Source: Okamejei kenojei (taxonomy: Eukaryota). Taken from it: DNA of 64,000 nt. The translations under genes and the position numbers were made by a program. Within the stretch, counting starts at the first letter, position 1. Every line of letters begins with the position of its first letter. Location of the stretch: positions 44,888,001 to 44,952,000 of the forward strand of contig CM069149.1 in NCBI GenBank assembly GCA_035221665.1, in the 5' to 3' direction. This document shows, piece after piece, positions 51,317-62,224 of this stretch. The notes below the pieces were generated by a model. It had not been told where the DNA came from and did no database searches. It was given only the letters and a program-made list of their open reading frames with translations.

Positions 51317-53639
51317 TTGTATATGTGTGTGTGTTGCTCATTTTTCACACTGATGTATAAAACTCAGGTTGCCAATACTGTGAACAACAGCAGTACTGAT
51401 GGAGGCATATTAAGTTTTAGCCTTCAGTGGAAACTGGATCAGTATTTGAAAAGAAAGAACTTGCATAGCAATGAGGTGAGGGTGGGGAACTGGGTCCAAG
51501 TAGATTGGTGTTATGTGGAACTGGAGCACGTGTCTGTTCTAGGTCAAAAGACTTCCTTCGTGATATAACCATTCTGTAATGTAATAGGTGTAATGTCTCC
51601 ACTAATGTATCACAGTTTTCACAAACAGTGCCACTGTGACCAGGTACACAATACTATGACAAGGTTTTTCAGTATCATGGAATACCATTGAAATAAATTA
51701 ACAATTAAAATCAAGTTGTGCGTAGTTTAATTTTGTGATTTGGATCTCCTCACAATACTGATATGGTACTTCCGTTCTTTAATATTATCATGTTAAAATT
51801 AGGTATTTTTGCTGCAGTTGTTACAATGTACAGAAACCTGTTAATCTGCCACGATTGACAATGTTACATCTCAATTATCGGAATCTACATTGAATTGTTT
51901 TAAATTTCTCATGGGTAGCCTATAGCCCCATCAGTCAGGATAGATTGCCATTAGGTGTGAATTACCAAGCTAAACCGCAGTCTTCCACAATTAAGGAGTG
52001 GTTTCACATCTTGTATTTTTCCCCTAACTGTGGGTCCACCTTTGTCTGATGAAGTTCAACCTAAGGCAGCTTGTGGGTGGTCGTAAATAGATAGGTGAGG
52101 CATCTTGGTCACCAAAGACAGGTTGGGCTGAAGGGCTTGTTTCCATGCTGTGTGACTCAAAGACCACAATCCACTCACTGCCAACTAACTTGCCTTGTTG
52201 CTCTTTCATTTACAATAATAATCTGTAGTGGTTGTGAATTGCCATGCCACATTTTTGGTGTTAATGGACATGTTTAAAACACTGAAAACTTTAGTATGAA
52301 ATGGCTGTTTAGCAGAATTGTTAGCAATGGATGGATTACGCGATCTAGTTTGGTATAAGGCAACAGCATCATGGCCAAAAGAAGTACATTTTAATCTATT
52401 TAGCATCCTTGTAAGGACTCAAGCCACTGTCTGCTATTAGCTGAAGTCAGCACTAGGCACAGAAATGTTGGCTATTTTTTTTTCTAGTTAGAAGATATTT
52501 TGTAACAGAAGTAATTCAAATCTAATTTCACAAGCGCATGAATTATAGGTGATTGACAATTTGAAAGAGGTACATTTTCTAAAATTCCCAAGTGAATCAG
52601 TTGGCTTAAATTTGTTTGCCATTCTCATGATGACATTGAGTCTCATGATGTAGTGACCCAAATGGATAAGAATTACATATTTACTTCACTTAAGACCATT
52701 AACTAGCCAGTTGGAGTTCAAATTATGTCAGATATTAAATTACTATTAAACAAATGAAAATAATGGTTCAATTTGAGATCCAAGTGCAGTTAGTCATCAA
52801 AAACTATATATTCTCCCTTTTTCAATTTTGTACCTTAATGTTCAAATAAAGATGTGATGATATCCTGTAAAGCAGATTGAGATATAGCCCACCAAAAGGT
52901 GACCTTAGCTCAGTTACTTTTACTTTTTAATTAATACTAGTTAATTTAATATTTATTAATCTATTTCAGACAAATAATTCATATTGACCTATTTTTGAAA
53001 AGGGTTTGTTTAAACTATAATATTAAAGTTTTTATGGCGAGTCTTGGTCAAATATTATAAACACATGAAAATAACCTGCATGTTCCAATTGAATTGCCAT
53101 TTTTATGATAAAACTCAGACCATGATAGATTATGGTTATAAGCAGCCTATTAAACCACAAATACATTGTTACCTGATGCTTTGGGTTATACCATAAATGT
53201 ACCCCTGGCATTTTACAGCCATTGCAAATCTCAAAGAAAACTAAATTCAGGAGTATTTATTAAAATGGTGGCTGAAAAATTCCAGACTTTGGGGGCGGGC
53301 AAGGATTTGTGGGAGGAACATCGCTAAAGTTTTTCATTTTCAAAAGGCTTATTTGACCAAGTTAGCAAGTTTTTTTTAATGTACCAATATGTCTGTTAGA
53401 AATAGAATGCTGTGATTTATTAAAATCCAGCAAAAGATCCTATTTTAAAATGATAAAAGAATGAGTGAACCTCAATAATTCAAATTATCACTTAAAAAAA
53501 AAGAAACGATGTTAAAATGACATGTACCCACAGCAACTTGGAAAACGTATTCCCCAAACCAATTAAATTTTCTTAAAGTATGGCCCAGTCAATCTAGGAG
53601 TAAGCTTGTTCCCTTCTGCTTGAAAAACTGATTCGAAGC

Positions 53640-54050
53640 GCATTCAGAAATGGACAGGAATGCTTTAAAAAAAAACCCTCCAGCATGGGCAGGGAGGCCG
53701 CGGATCCCGGGGGAGCCGCACACTAAGCTATTTGGTATGCATGAGTGGGCCGGCAGAAAAGACCAGCGCTGTAGCTTCTTAACTTTACTCAACAATGCAG
53801 CGCCAGCACCGGGCTCGCCCTGCCCGACAACTTCCCTGCTGCTGCTTCCTCTTCCCCCTCCCCTTCCAGTAAAATGCGCCAGAAAGTCGCAGCACACGGT
53901 TCCGTCAATGTAGAAGAGAGCAAGACCATCCGGGTGAAGAGGAAACCTGGCCGGTGCTGCGCTCCACAAAGCTGCCCTCGTCACTGACAAGGCGCCATTG
54001 GCCCACTTCCACCACCGTACTTTTCAAAATGATCACACACACAATGGGGG
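53640..54050. promoter_or_regulatory. Small GC/CpG-rich island just beyond the FBXL14 poly(A) region
   Basis: Local CpG enrichment. ATTGG (CCAAT) at 53997-54001, CACTTCC (ETS-like) at 54004-54010, ACAATGG (SOX-like) at 54041-54047. Confidence 0.45.
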
Positions 54051-54079
54051 CACTGACACTTGTCTTTTTTTTTCCAAAA

Positions 54080-55012
54080 CATACTTCATAATTTCCCGTC
54101 TTTATTATATAAATATCAGCTTTTAACGTTTACTGTAAGAATATAAAACGTTTAAGTATCATTTACAAATTCACATACAGTACAATTCAAATATAGGTTG
54201 ATCAGCAGGATATTTTATTTTCCTCTCTTTTTCCTTCAGCAACTACCTGTCTCTGCATCATGGCCCTTTTTACAGGCAAATCAGTCCTCGGGAATCGATG
54301 AGTTTTCTTTTGACGAGCTCCCCCTATTTAAGGTAGACTAGGCTTTCATAATTTCACAAAAGGGGGAAAAAGCCCCCCCCCCCCCAAACTGGCGCAAAAT
54401 GTCGATCAAAAAATAAGCCTGCACAGCTGCCAGATCAAGGCGTCTAGAATCCAAATTCAGTCCTTTTCCTTTGCATAAAACTATAGTTCGCGATTCTGAC
54501 TTGGGTGCAGCCAAGACTGCAAAAACCAGCCTCGTGTGCTTCAGAATTTCTTGTAAAAATGTTGCCGGCCAACTTATTTTCATCGAATATCTTTTGTTTT
54601 GTTTAAGTCCAAAAAGGGTAGTAACCAACCAGCGAGGAGGGGCAACGTTTGCCTAGGCAGATTTTACTGTTAAACTCCTCAATTTCAGGGCACAAAAAAA
54701 AACGAGGTAGCCTTGAATGTGTCTATCAGCAATATGCATACCATCTACAAAACAAAAAAAAGTATGAACCAGTTTCCATAAACAAATGTAACCAGTGTCA
54801 GAAATACTTCGTTATGAAAACTATGTTGAAGGATGGGAATACTGCAACTTATTTGATAGCACAGTGTGGAAAGACTGTCTTGCAAGTTACAACAGAACAA
54901 TCACCTTTTTTGTTTTGTCGTTTTTGAGTCAATTTTTGGAGAGAAAAAAACCCAATACTCTTGTTTTGACAGCAATGGCGATAATTATTAAGCATTTTTA
55001 AGGAAAAAAATT
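54080..55012 (-). other. FBXL14: FBXL14 3' UTR with poly(A) signals
   Basis: Repeat-free AU-rich sequence after the stop codon. Minus-strand AATAAA at 54214-54219 and 54101-54106, followed by U/GU-rich sequence. The exact end is inferred. Confidence 0.6.
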
Positions 55013-56215
55013 TCACCTCACTTTTTCACTTTCAGTCATCTGCCAGAGTCCCAAGTTAAGAACTTTAAGGCAGGGCAATTGCGTAATTCTTTCCAAACCC
55101 CTTTTGGTGATTTTTGTGCAGCCATAGAGATCAATGCCAGTCAGCTGGGTCAAATGGTCAGCTATGAGCTCCAGTCCTTTGTCTGTAATCCGCACACACT
55201 GGCCGATATTTAGGGTCCTTAATTCGTGCATCTGCCGGGCCATTTTGTTGATGCCGTCATCACTTATGTGGCAGGAGCAAAGGGAAAGCGATTTGAGTTG
55301 ATATAAGCCTTGCGCGATATAAGCCAGGCTCTGGTCCCCTATCTTATCGCAGAAGGAAACGTCCAACCCACTCAGTCTCAAGCTACCCATGGCCAAATGC
55401 ATGATGCCGGTGTCGCTGATGTTGTCACAGGACCTTAGGTTGAGACTCCACAAACTCGTCATGTGTGAAAGATGCAGCATACCCGCGTCTGAAATCCCAC
55501 CGCAGAAACTCAAGTTGAGTACCTTGAGTTTGGTCAGGCCTTTGGAGATGTGTTTTAAGGAGAGGTCGGATAGTTTCTGGCAGTCTTGTAAAGTCAGATA
55601 TTCCAGGTTTAAGCAGCCTTCCGCAGCGCTTCTAGTCATGCCTGCCAAATGGCCGATTCCTACATCCGAGACATGCCGGCAACTCCTCAGATTCAGGCTC
55701 TTTAGTCTGTGCAAGCCCCAGGCAATCAACAGAAGGCCTGTGTTGGTGATATTGCTGCAGCCGCCCAGCTCCAGCACCTCCAGATTCTTGAGATATTGTG
55801 CGATCCTCCCCAGACTACTGTCCGTGATCTGTTTGCAGAGGCTCAGGTTTAGCACGTTCAGGGACGGGATCTCTTGCACGAAAGCGTGGCCCAGGCCGAT
55901 GTCCGTCAAGTTGTAGCAGCCGCTGAGGTTCAGGCTCTCGATGTTGGGCATGCCTTGGATCACATAGCTGAGGCTGCGGCGCAGGCTGAGGATCTGCACC
56001 CGCCTGATACCCCGTGCCTGCAGACTGGGGAAAAGGGACGGGTTGGCTCTCCTCAAATGCAACTTGGCTTCGACCCCTCTCCAGACGGATTTGTGGTAGG
56101 CAGCGTCCCTCCAAGCCGCGCACACTTGCGCCGCCCGCCCTTTGTCCCGGACGTCCAGGTAGCTGAAGATCATGGCTAAGATCTCGGGGAAGAGACACGA
56201 GATGTGCGTCTCCAT
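55013..56215 (-). CDS. FBXL14: F-box/LRR-repeat protein 14 (SCF substrate receptor; Ppa homologue), single coding exon, 400 aa
   Basis: Uninterrupted ORF METHISCLFPEILAMIFSYLDVRDKGRAAQVCAAWRDAAYHKSVW (F-box), then tandem LxxLNLSxCxxITD-type LRRs, ending LNLGLWQMTESEKVR. Closely matches vertebrate FBXL14 as I recall it. ATG at 56215; the ORF-track extension to 56332 starts at a GTG and is treated as 5' UTR. Confidence 0.97.
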   Translation of the reverse strand: METHISCLFPEILAMIFSYLDVRDKGRAAQVCAAWRDAAYHKSVWRGVEAKLHLRRANPSLFPSLQARGIRRVQILSLRRSLSYVIQGMPNIESLNLSGCYNLTDIGLGHAFVQEIPSLNVLNLSLCKQITDSSLGRIAQYLKNLEVLELGGCSNITNTGLLLIAWGLHRLKSLNLRSCRHVSDVGIGHLAGMTRSAAEGCLNLEYLTLQDCQKLSDLSLKHISKGLTKLKVLNLSFCGGISDAGMLHLSHMTSLWSLNLRSCDNISDTGIMHLAMGSLRLSGLDVSFCDKIGDQSLAYIAQGLYQLKSLSLCSCHISDDGINKMARQMHELRTLNIGQCVRITDKGLELIADHLTQLTGIDLYGCTKITKRGLERITQLPCLKVLNLGLWQMTESEKVR

Positions 56216-56720
56216 GTTGCGGCGCTGCTTCCCCCCCCTCCCCGGCCCCCTCTCGCCTTTCTCTCTCGCTCGCTCTCCTTCTCGCTGCCGCCTCCGCCAA
56301 TCGATCAGCTCGCGATCCGGGCCGCGCGTCACGTGACCCGCCGCCTTGCGCAGTCGGCCGCGAGCAGCCGGCGCCGGCGGTTGGGCGCGAAGCCGGCTCC
56401 GTAACGCGGGGGCCCTCGAGCCGCCGCCGCCAACGGCCGACTAACCTCGCATCACTTCAAAAAATTCTCTCCCCCCCCCCTTTCCCTCCCTCCCTGATGC
56501 TCGCAGACTTGTGCTTCTAGTCTTCAATTAGCGCCGCCCTCGCAGCCCCCCATCGGAGCGCGCTCTCTCTCACGCCCGGCCGCCGGAGGCCTTCCTGCGG
56601 CCTTTGTCTGATCTTTTCAAACCCACTTGGCAGGCGCGCAGCATTTTCCATTGCGGGGGTGTCCCCGGAAATTAGAAACAGAAAAGAAACGCGCTGCCAG
56701 AACTCAAACCTCATGTTATG
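56216..56720 (-). promoter_or_regulatory. FBXL14: FBXL14 CpG-island promoter / 5' UTR
   Basis: Very GC- and CpG-rich sequence directly upstream of the ATG. Palindromic GTCACGTGAC E-box at 56328-56337, CCAAT at 56297-56301 and a TCGCGA core near 56310. Confidence 0.8.
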
Positions 56721-59283
56721 CTTAGGCATAGTCAGGATTATTAATACAGGCCATTTACTGGTGCAAGGAGAAGAGAAAATAAAAGGTTTGAGGAGCGAGT
56801 ACATGGCGTGGAGCTCTCGGACTCCCCCGCGGTTGAGTTTGCCATTGGTCTCGCTCGGATGGAACGGTAAGGACAGTTCCCTAGGTAACCAAGTTCTTAC
56901 AATCCGGTTCACTTTACATTAACTCCTTAGTTACTTGCCCCACAGAACAATCCTCCACCTGCAAATCACCAGGATTGAATTACATAAATTCCCAAAATTA
57001 TTCAATTTCGACTATGCATAGTCAAAATTTTGCATTTAATAATTTTGAACCCATTAAAAAAAAGAATTGGCGCATTCCTAAGTGTTGGAATGGCATGTTC
57101 GCACTCTGCAAAAATTTGCATTTACAAATTATCCGCATACTTATGCTTTTCTGCAATTTTGAAATAATAGCAGGTTTTTTTTCGCAGTGAAATAACATTA
57201 TAAACCAAAATAACCATATTACATTTTAATACATCTACCACAAATTTTCAGCCTCTCGCTTTCCAAATGGAAGTCTGATTTTAAAAAACATAGATTTGCA
57301 TAACGACTGATGGAAATAAGCATAGTTGCATTTTGTTTGGTTTTTGCAGAGGAAAACACATACTTAAACCCTTAAAAGTAAATATTTTAGGTTCATTTTA
57401 TTTTCCCAACTATTTAAACTGCCAATTAATTGTATTAGAGGTTTGTGTTCCATCAGTTAATGTTATGTAATCTCTTCAACTTGTACCATGTACTTGAACA
57501 TGACTACATCGCACAATAGCCCCATCTTTAGCATTTGAAAAAAAACGGCGCCACCGTTCCTTAACATTGGTCAATAAAAAAATAAAACACTTTGTGATGG
57601 CGACGAACAGATTGTCAAGGAGGATCGTCTAACATCAAAGAGTTAATTAAAAAAGAATAGCAGTGGAAAGAGGCCTTTAGAGGTAGGGGACAGGGGGAGG
57701 AGACTGAAACCAGTGTGAAAAATTGCCTCTCGTGGCGCATGTTCCAATTGGCCTCAGGACGGAATAGTAGTGAGAAGTGAGAATTTTTGTTTCGTCAAAG
57801 CGCTAGTCTAAATACAAATGATGCAGTCGCGAAGATGAATAATGCATGTTCTCTAATCATTTCGAGTACATTCTTGTCAATTAGTTCCATATACATCAGT
57901 GACAATAACATTGGTGGGCCACAGTTGCTAACACATTGTGCGCAAAAGGCCTAGTAAATGATTCCAGAGAATGGGTTTTTTTTTGTGAACACAGGGTTTT
58001 TGTCAAGAAGATAGTGGGATTCAAAAAATAAGTTTCTTGATATTTTTGTTGCTTAAAATAGGTGTAACTTAGTCCGAACGACGATGAGTAGCTTTGCAGA
58101 AAAGAACAAAGTTACAGTTTTGAGTTAAATGAAAAATTACTTTCCCATGATTTTCAGAATGCTGAATACAAGTATATTATTTTCACTCAGTGAATAGAAT
58201 TCTTCCCCTCTCCAATTCCCCTGCTGTGGGGGAAGGCGAGGCACATCTGTTCGTATATGGTATTGTTGGCTGTTGGAAGAAACCACACCTCATCATTTCT
58301 GTCTTCCTGTCTCCCGAAGTTGTTTCTCTTTAATGGGAACAGACAATAGACTGCCCCCTCCCGGTTGGTCTGGACGCATTGCAAGAACAACATTTCCACA
58401 GTATCACAGAGAGGAAGTGGATGTTAAGATTTGTAATAATAGTGAAATATTGAAAATTCTCAAATGTAAAGTCCAAACTGTTTAGCATTTTATCTGTTAC
58501 TGTAAAATAATAGGAAATTCTCTGCACTCAAACTTTAAAAAAGAGCTCATCATTTTAGAATAGAAATACGAATTATCGATTTTCTGTTATTAAAAAATAC
58601 TTCTTCATTGGAAATACTTGGTTATTTAGCAACTCTTTATTTGCTGTTTGGAAAAAAATGTTAGTGTAAAGACATTTGTTAGAGTTGTGTTAGAGTTAGT
58701 ACAGGCAACACAATCCATCTAGGCCATTTTGAAAGTAAAATGGCTCCCCGATTGTGGTCAAGTTGCCATAAGAAATATGAAAAAATATATATCAAGTCTT
58801 CACAAGCTGTATAACTGCATCTCATTGTCCTGCGACTAGCTGGTAATATGATACTTGGCTGTGACGTCCCATTTTCTTGTTTATTCCAAAGTTAATTGTC
58901 CCCTTGGTATAGGGAAGATAAAAAATCATCAGTCTTCGTCAGAATCTTTGTAATTATCTTACCCCCAAAGGTGATAGAAGCCAGACCATTGGTTGTATTT
59001 AAGGCAGAGATAGGTAAATATTTGAAAGCATGAATTGCAGTTTATACACACACAGTGGAGAAGTCAAAGGGAGAATAGTTCAGCCATGACCATATAGAAT
59101 GGTGGTGCATGCTTGAAGGGCCAAGAGGCCTACAGTTCCAATATTCATGTGTTCCCAATCATTGTTGGTAATTTCTACAGCAAAACATTTTATGTGGCTA
59201 CCATGAGTATGATTACATTCTTTGGTCAGGCTCATGTGATATTTGGCCACTTTGATTCAATACCAGGCATCTATTGATGAGGG

Positions 59284-59444
59284 TAGACAAAAGTGCTGGA
59301 GAAACCCAGTGGGTGAGGCAGCATATATGGAGCGAAGGAAACATTGCCTATTTCCTTCGCTCCATAGATGCTACCTCACCCGCTGAGTTTCTCCAGTACT
59401 TTTGTCTACCTTCGATTTTCCAGCATCTGCAGTTCCTTCTTGAA
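59284..59444. mobile_element. Penelope-tail fold-back element with 16-bp TSD
   Basis: Flanked by CATCTATTG(A/T)TGAGGG at 59268-59283 and 59445-59460. Confidence 0.85.
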
Positions 59445-60464
59445 CATCTATTGTTGAGGGATCATTACGCTGACTTGAATTGTTTTATTGAGGAGAGGTC
59501 TTGAAGAGTAATTGGAAAATCAGTTAAAGGGAATTAGCCAAATATAAAATATTTTCCAGATATCTTTTGGAATATTTAGTTTCCTGAGGATGCAATAATC
59601 ACCTTTTTACTTCACAGTAGTACTGGTACCTCTATAGAGAATTGAGCTTGTTAAAGGAGCCATCTTGACATCACATTCACAATTTTGATTTTCTGATTTT
59701 CTTTCCTTTTTTTTGTGTTTTCTTAGGGATGGTGAGTGCTATGACCAACCAGAGAAAGTGACTTTTGCATTTTTTCCAACTCCTGAGTATTCTAGTCCAT
59801 AGTCTAATAGGCTAATAGTTGTGCCCTCTTATTGCACTAATCAGTTTCAGTTAATTCATTAAAAAAACAGGAATTGAAATTGTAGTATTATTAGTCTGTA
59901 CTTTTTTTTACAAACTCACATCACTCTAATAGTTCGGATGTCAGATCAATGACATACTATGGTTAAGGTTTGTAGTTATTTAAACTCTGAATTTACTGAG
60001 AATATTCACACATAATTGCATAGTTTAAAATGCATTGACTCGAAACGGTTCCATCATTACAAAATGTTGGTATAATATGTTCTATGTACATTTCCTTTAA
60101 TAAAATGGACTGAGTACATTACAATCTGATATTTTTCTAACATTGCAAGGATGGATTTACATTACTTTTCGAATTGTAGCCATTGTTGTAATTCAGTGAC
60201 TTTAAAGTGCCTTGGGATGCACTGTGGTCATAAAATGTGCCACTAAACCAAGTATTCTCTTATTCCTGCTGTACAGAAAGTAAGGAAGGCTTGATAGTTA
60301 TACAGTGCAAATCTATGCAGTGGAAAGGAAGGAACAAAGAGCAACCAATTAATAATCCTTAATGTGTATGTTGCTAATTTTGGCTGTACTATTGGGAAAG
60401 CACAGAATGTATGTAATCAACAGTTAAATCATCTAAAAACACAACTTTTGTTTGTATCCCTCTT

Positions 60465-60605
60465 TTCCAGTTTTCTCCCCTCTACCACAGTTACTCTGAA
60501 GAAGGGTTCCGACCCAAAACGTTACCTATCCATGTCTTCCAAATATGCTGCCTGACTCACTTTGTGTTTTGTTTGTAAACCAGTATTTGCGGTTCCTCAT
60601 GTCTA
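60465..60605 (+). mobile_element. Penelope-tail element
   Basis: CTGAAGAAGGGTTCCGACCCAAAACGTTACCTATCC. Confidence 0.7.
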
Positions 60606-61717
60606 CGATGGGAATGCCACCAACAGGGTGACATTGTTCTCCATTGGGAATACCATTGGTGTGGTTACAGTTAATACTGTTCCTTAGTTGCCTTAAAATT
60701 TCTTTATAGAATGTTGATGGCTGGTAATCATGTTATAGAAATGTTAACTGCCACAGGAAAGCATAAGCCTAAATGTTGTTGGACCCTTCTAAAGGCTTAA
60801 ACAAGCTACTGTAGAGCTGAAAATTTGTCATAAATAAATAGTTCCACATCTGGCATTCGGGCAAAAGAAAAATATGGATTAGTTAGGCAAAAATGGTTGA
60901 ACTAAGGGATCCTATCAGGAAAGACAGTTGCAACATAGTCCTGGGGCTATGATGATAGATTGGCCTCAATCAATTAGAATTATCTTCCCCATATTGCATC
61001 AGCCTCAATTTTGCTGGCACATTTGGTGCTTTAATCACTCAATTGGCATCATAATGTTGATGGTAGTTAGAACTCCACTTTTTCTTGGACTGAACTTTAG
61101 TCCAAGAAGTTGGATGACAGAATCAAGGTTATCGTAAACCTGAAGGTGATTAATGAGTTCTGAAGAAAGGTCATTGACTTGAAATGTTAGATCAGATCAT
61201 GCTGAATCCAGACTCCCACTTGGAATTACCACATACAAGTATTCACAATTCAGATGTAGGGGGCCATTCTGGCCCAGGTGGGAAAAAGTCAACTGTGATT
61301 AGACTCAGGCAGTATCGCATGGCGGTTAATATGGCTGCACAAAAAGATTCACCAAATGTCAAAGGTGTTAAAAATATAGAGATTTTGTCTTTAAAGGAAA
61401 GATAAAGGTAATTAGACCCCCAAAATGTAGTAACAACAAATTACTTCTGAAGTAAAGTAAAATAATTTAAAATATTTTAAATAAAATATTATTTGTTCTT
61501 TCCCTCTTAATTCTCCAGGCCTGGAATCCCCATTGTCATGTTCGATTGGTGTAGGATTAGGACAGTGATTTACTAGCAATGCTGGGCTCTGCTCCTGGAC
61601 ATGCAGAGTCTATCAGTGGAGTGCAATCACAGGTAGCATCTGCCACACTAAGTCTTGGTCTTCAACATTCAATATTATGGACGGGCAACTATTAATAAAT
61701 GATTTGGGATTTTTGCT

Positions 61718-62224
61718 ATTCTTGCTATTGAGGAAATGCAGCGTAGGTTCACAATGTTAGTTCCTGGGATGGCGGGACTGTCATTTGCTCAGAGAATGGA
61801 GCGGCTGGGCTTGTATACTCTGGAATTTAGAAGGATGAGAGGGGATCTTATTGAAATATATAAGATTATTAAGGGTTTGGACACGTTAGAGGCAGGAAAC
61901 ATGTTCCCGATTTTGGGGAAGTCCAGAACCAGGGGCCACAGTTTAAGAATAAGAGGTAAGCCCTTTAGAACGGAGATGAGGAAACACTTTTTCACACAGA
62001 GAGTTGTGGGTCTGTGGAATTCTCTGCCTCAGAGGGCAGTGGAGGCTGGTTCTCTGGATACTTTCAAGAGAGAGATAGATAGGGCTCTTGAAGATAGCGG
62101 AGTCAGGGGATATGGGGAGAAGGCAGGAACGGGGTACTGATTGTGGATGATCAGTCATGATCACATTGAATGGCGGTGCTGGCTTGAAGGTCCGAATGGC
62201 CTACTCTTGTACCTATTGTCTATT
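61718..62224 (+). mobile_element. CR1/HER1-like LINE 3' end
   Basis: MQRRFTMLVPGMAGLSFAQRMERLGLYTLEFRRMRGDLIEIYKIIKG...GYGEKAGTGY, with a CTATTGT tail repeat. Confidence 0.93.

Noticed and set aside
56216-56332. 39-aa N-terminal extension of FBXL14 in the ORF track
   Set aside because: It starts at a GTG inside the promoter E-box and has low complexity; orthologues begin at METHIS.
55389-56404. Overlapping ORFs of 175, 161, 101 and 66 aa
   Set aside because: Shadow or alternative frames of the GC-rich FBXL14 CDS with no recognisable domain.
57722-57738. CTCF-like motif (minus GCCACGAGAGGCAA)
   Set aside because: One base short of the core spacing; weak match.
8508-59444. Fold-back elements as pre-miRNAs, CRISPR repeats or MITEs
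   Set aside because: They are dispersed, homologous to a Penelope 3' end and have variable-length TSDs. There is no repeat-spacer array and the context is eukaryotic.
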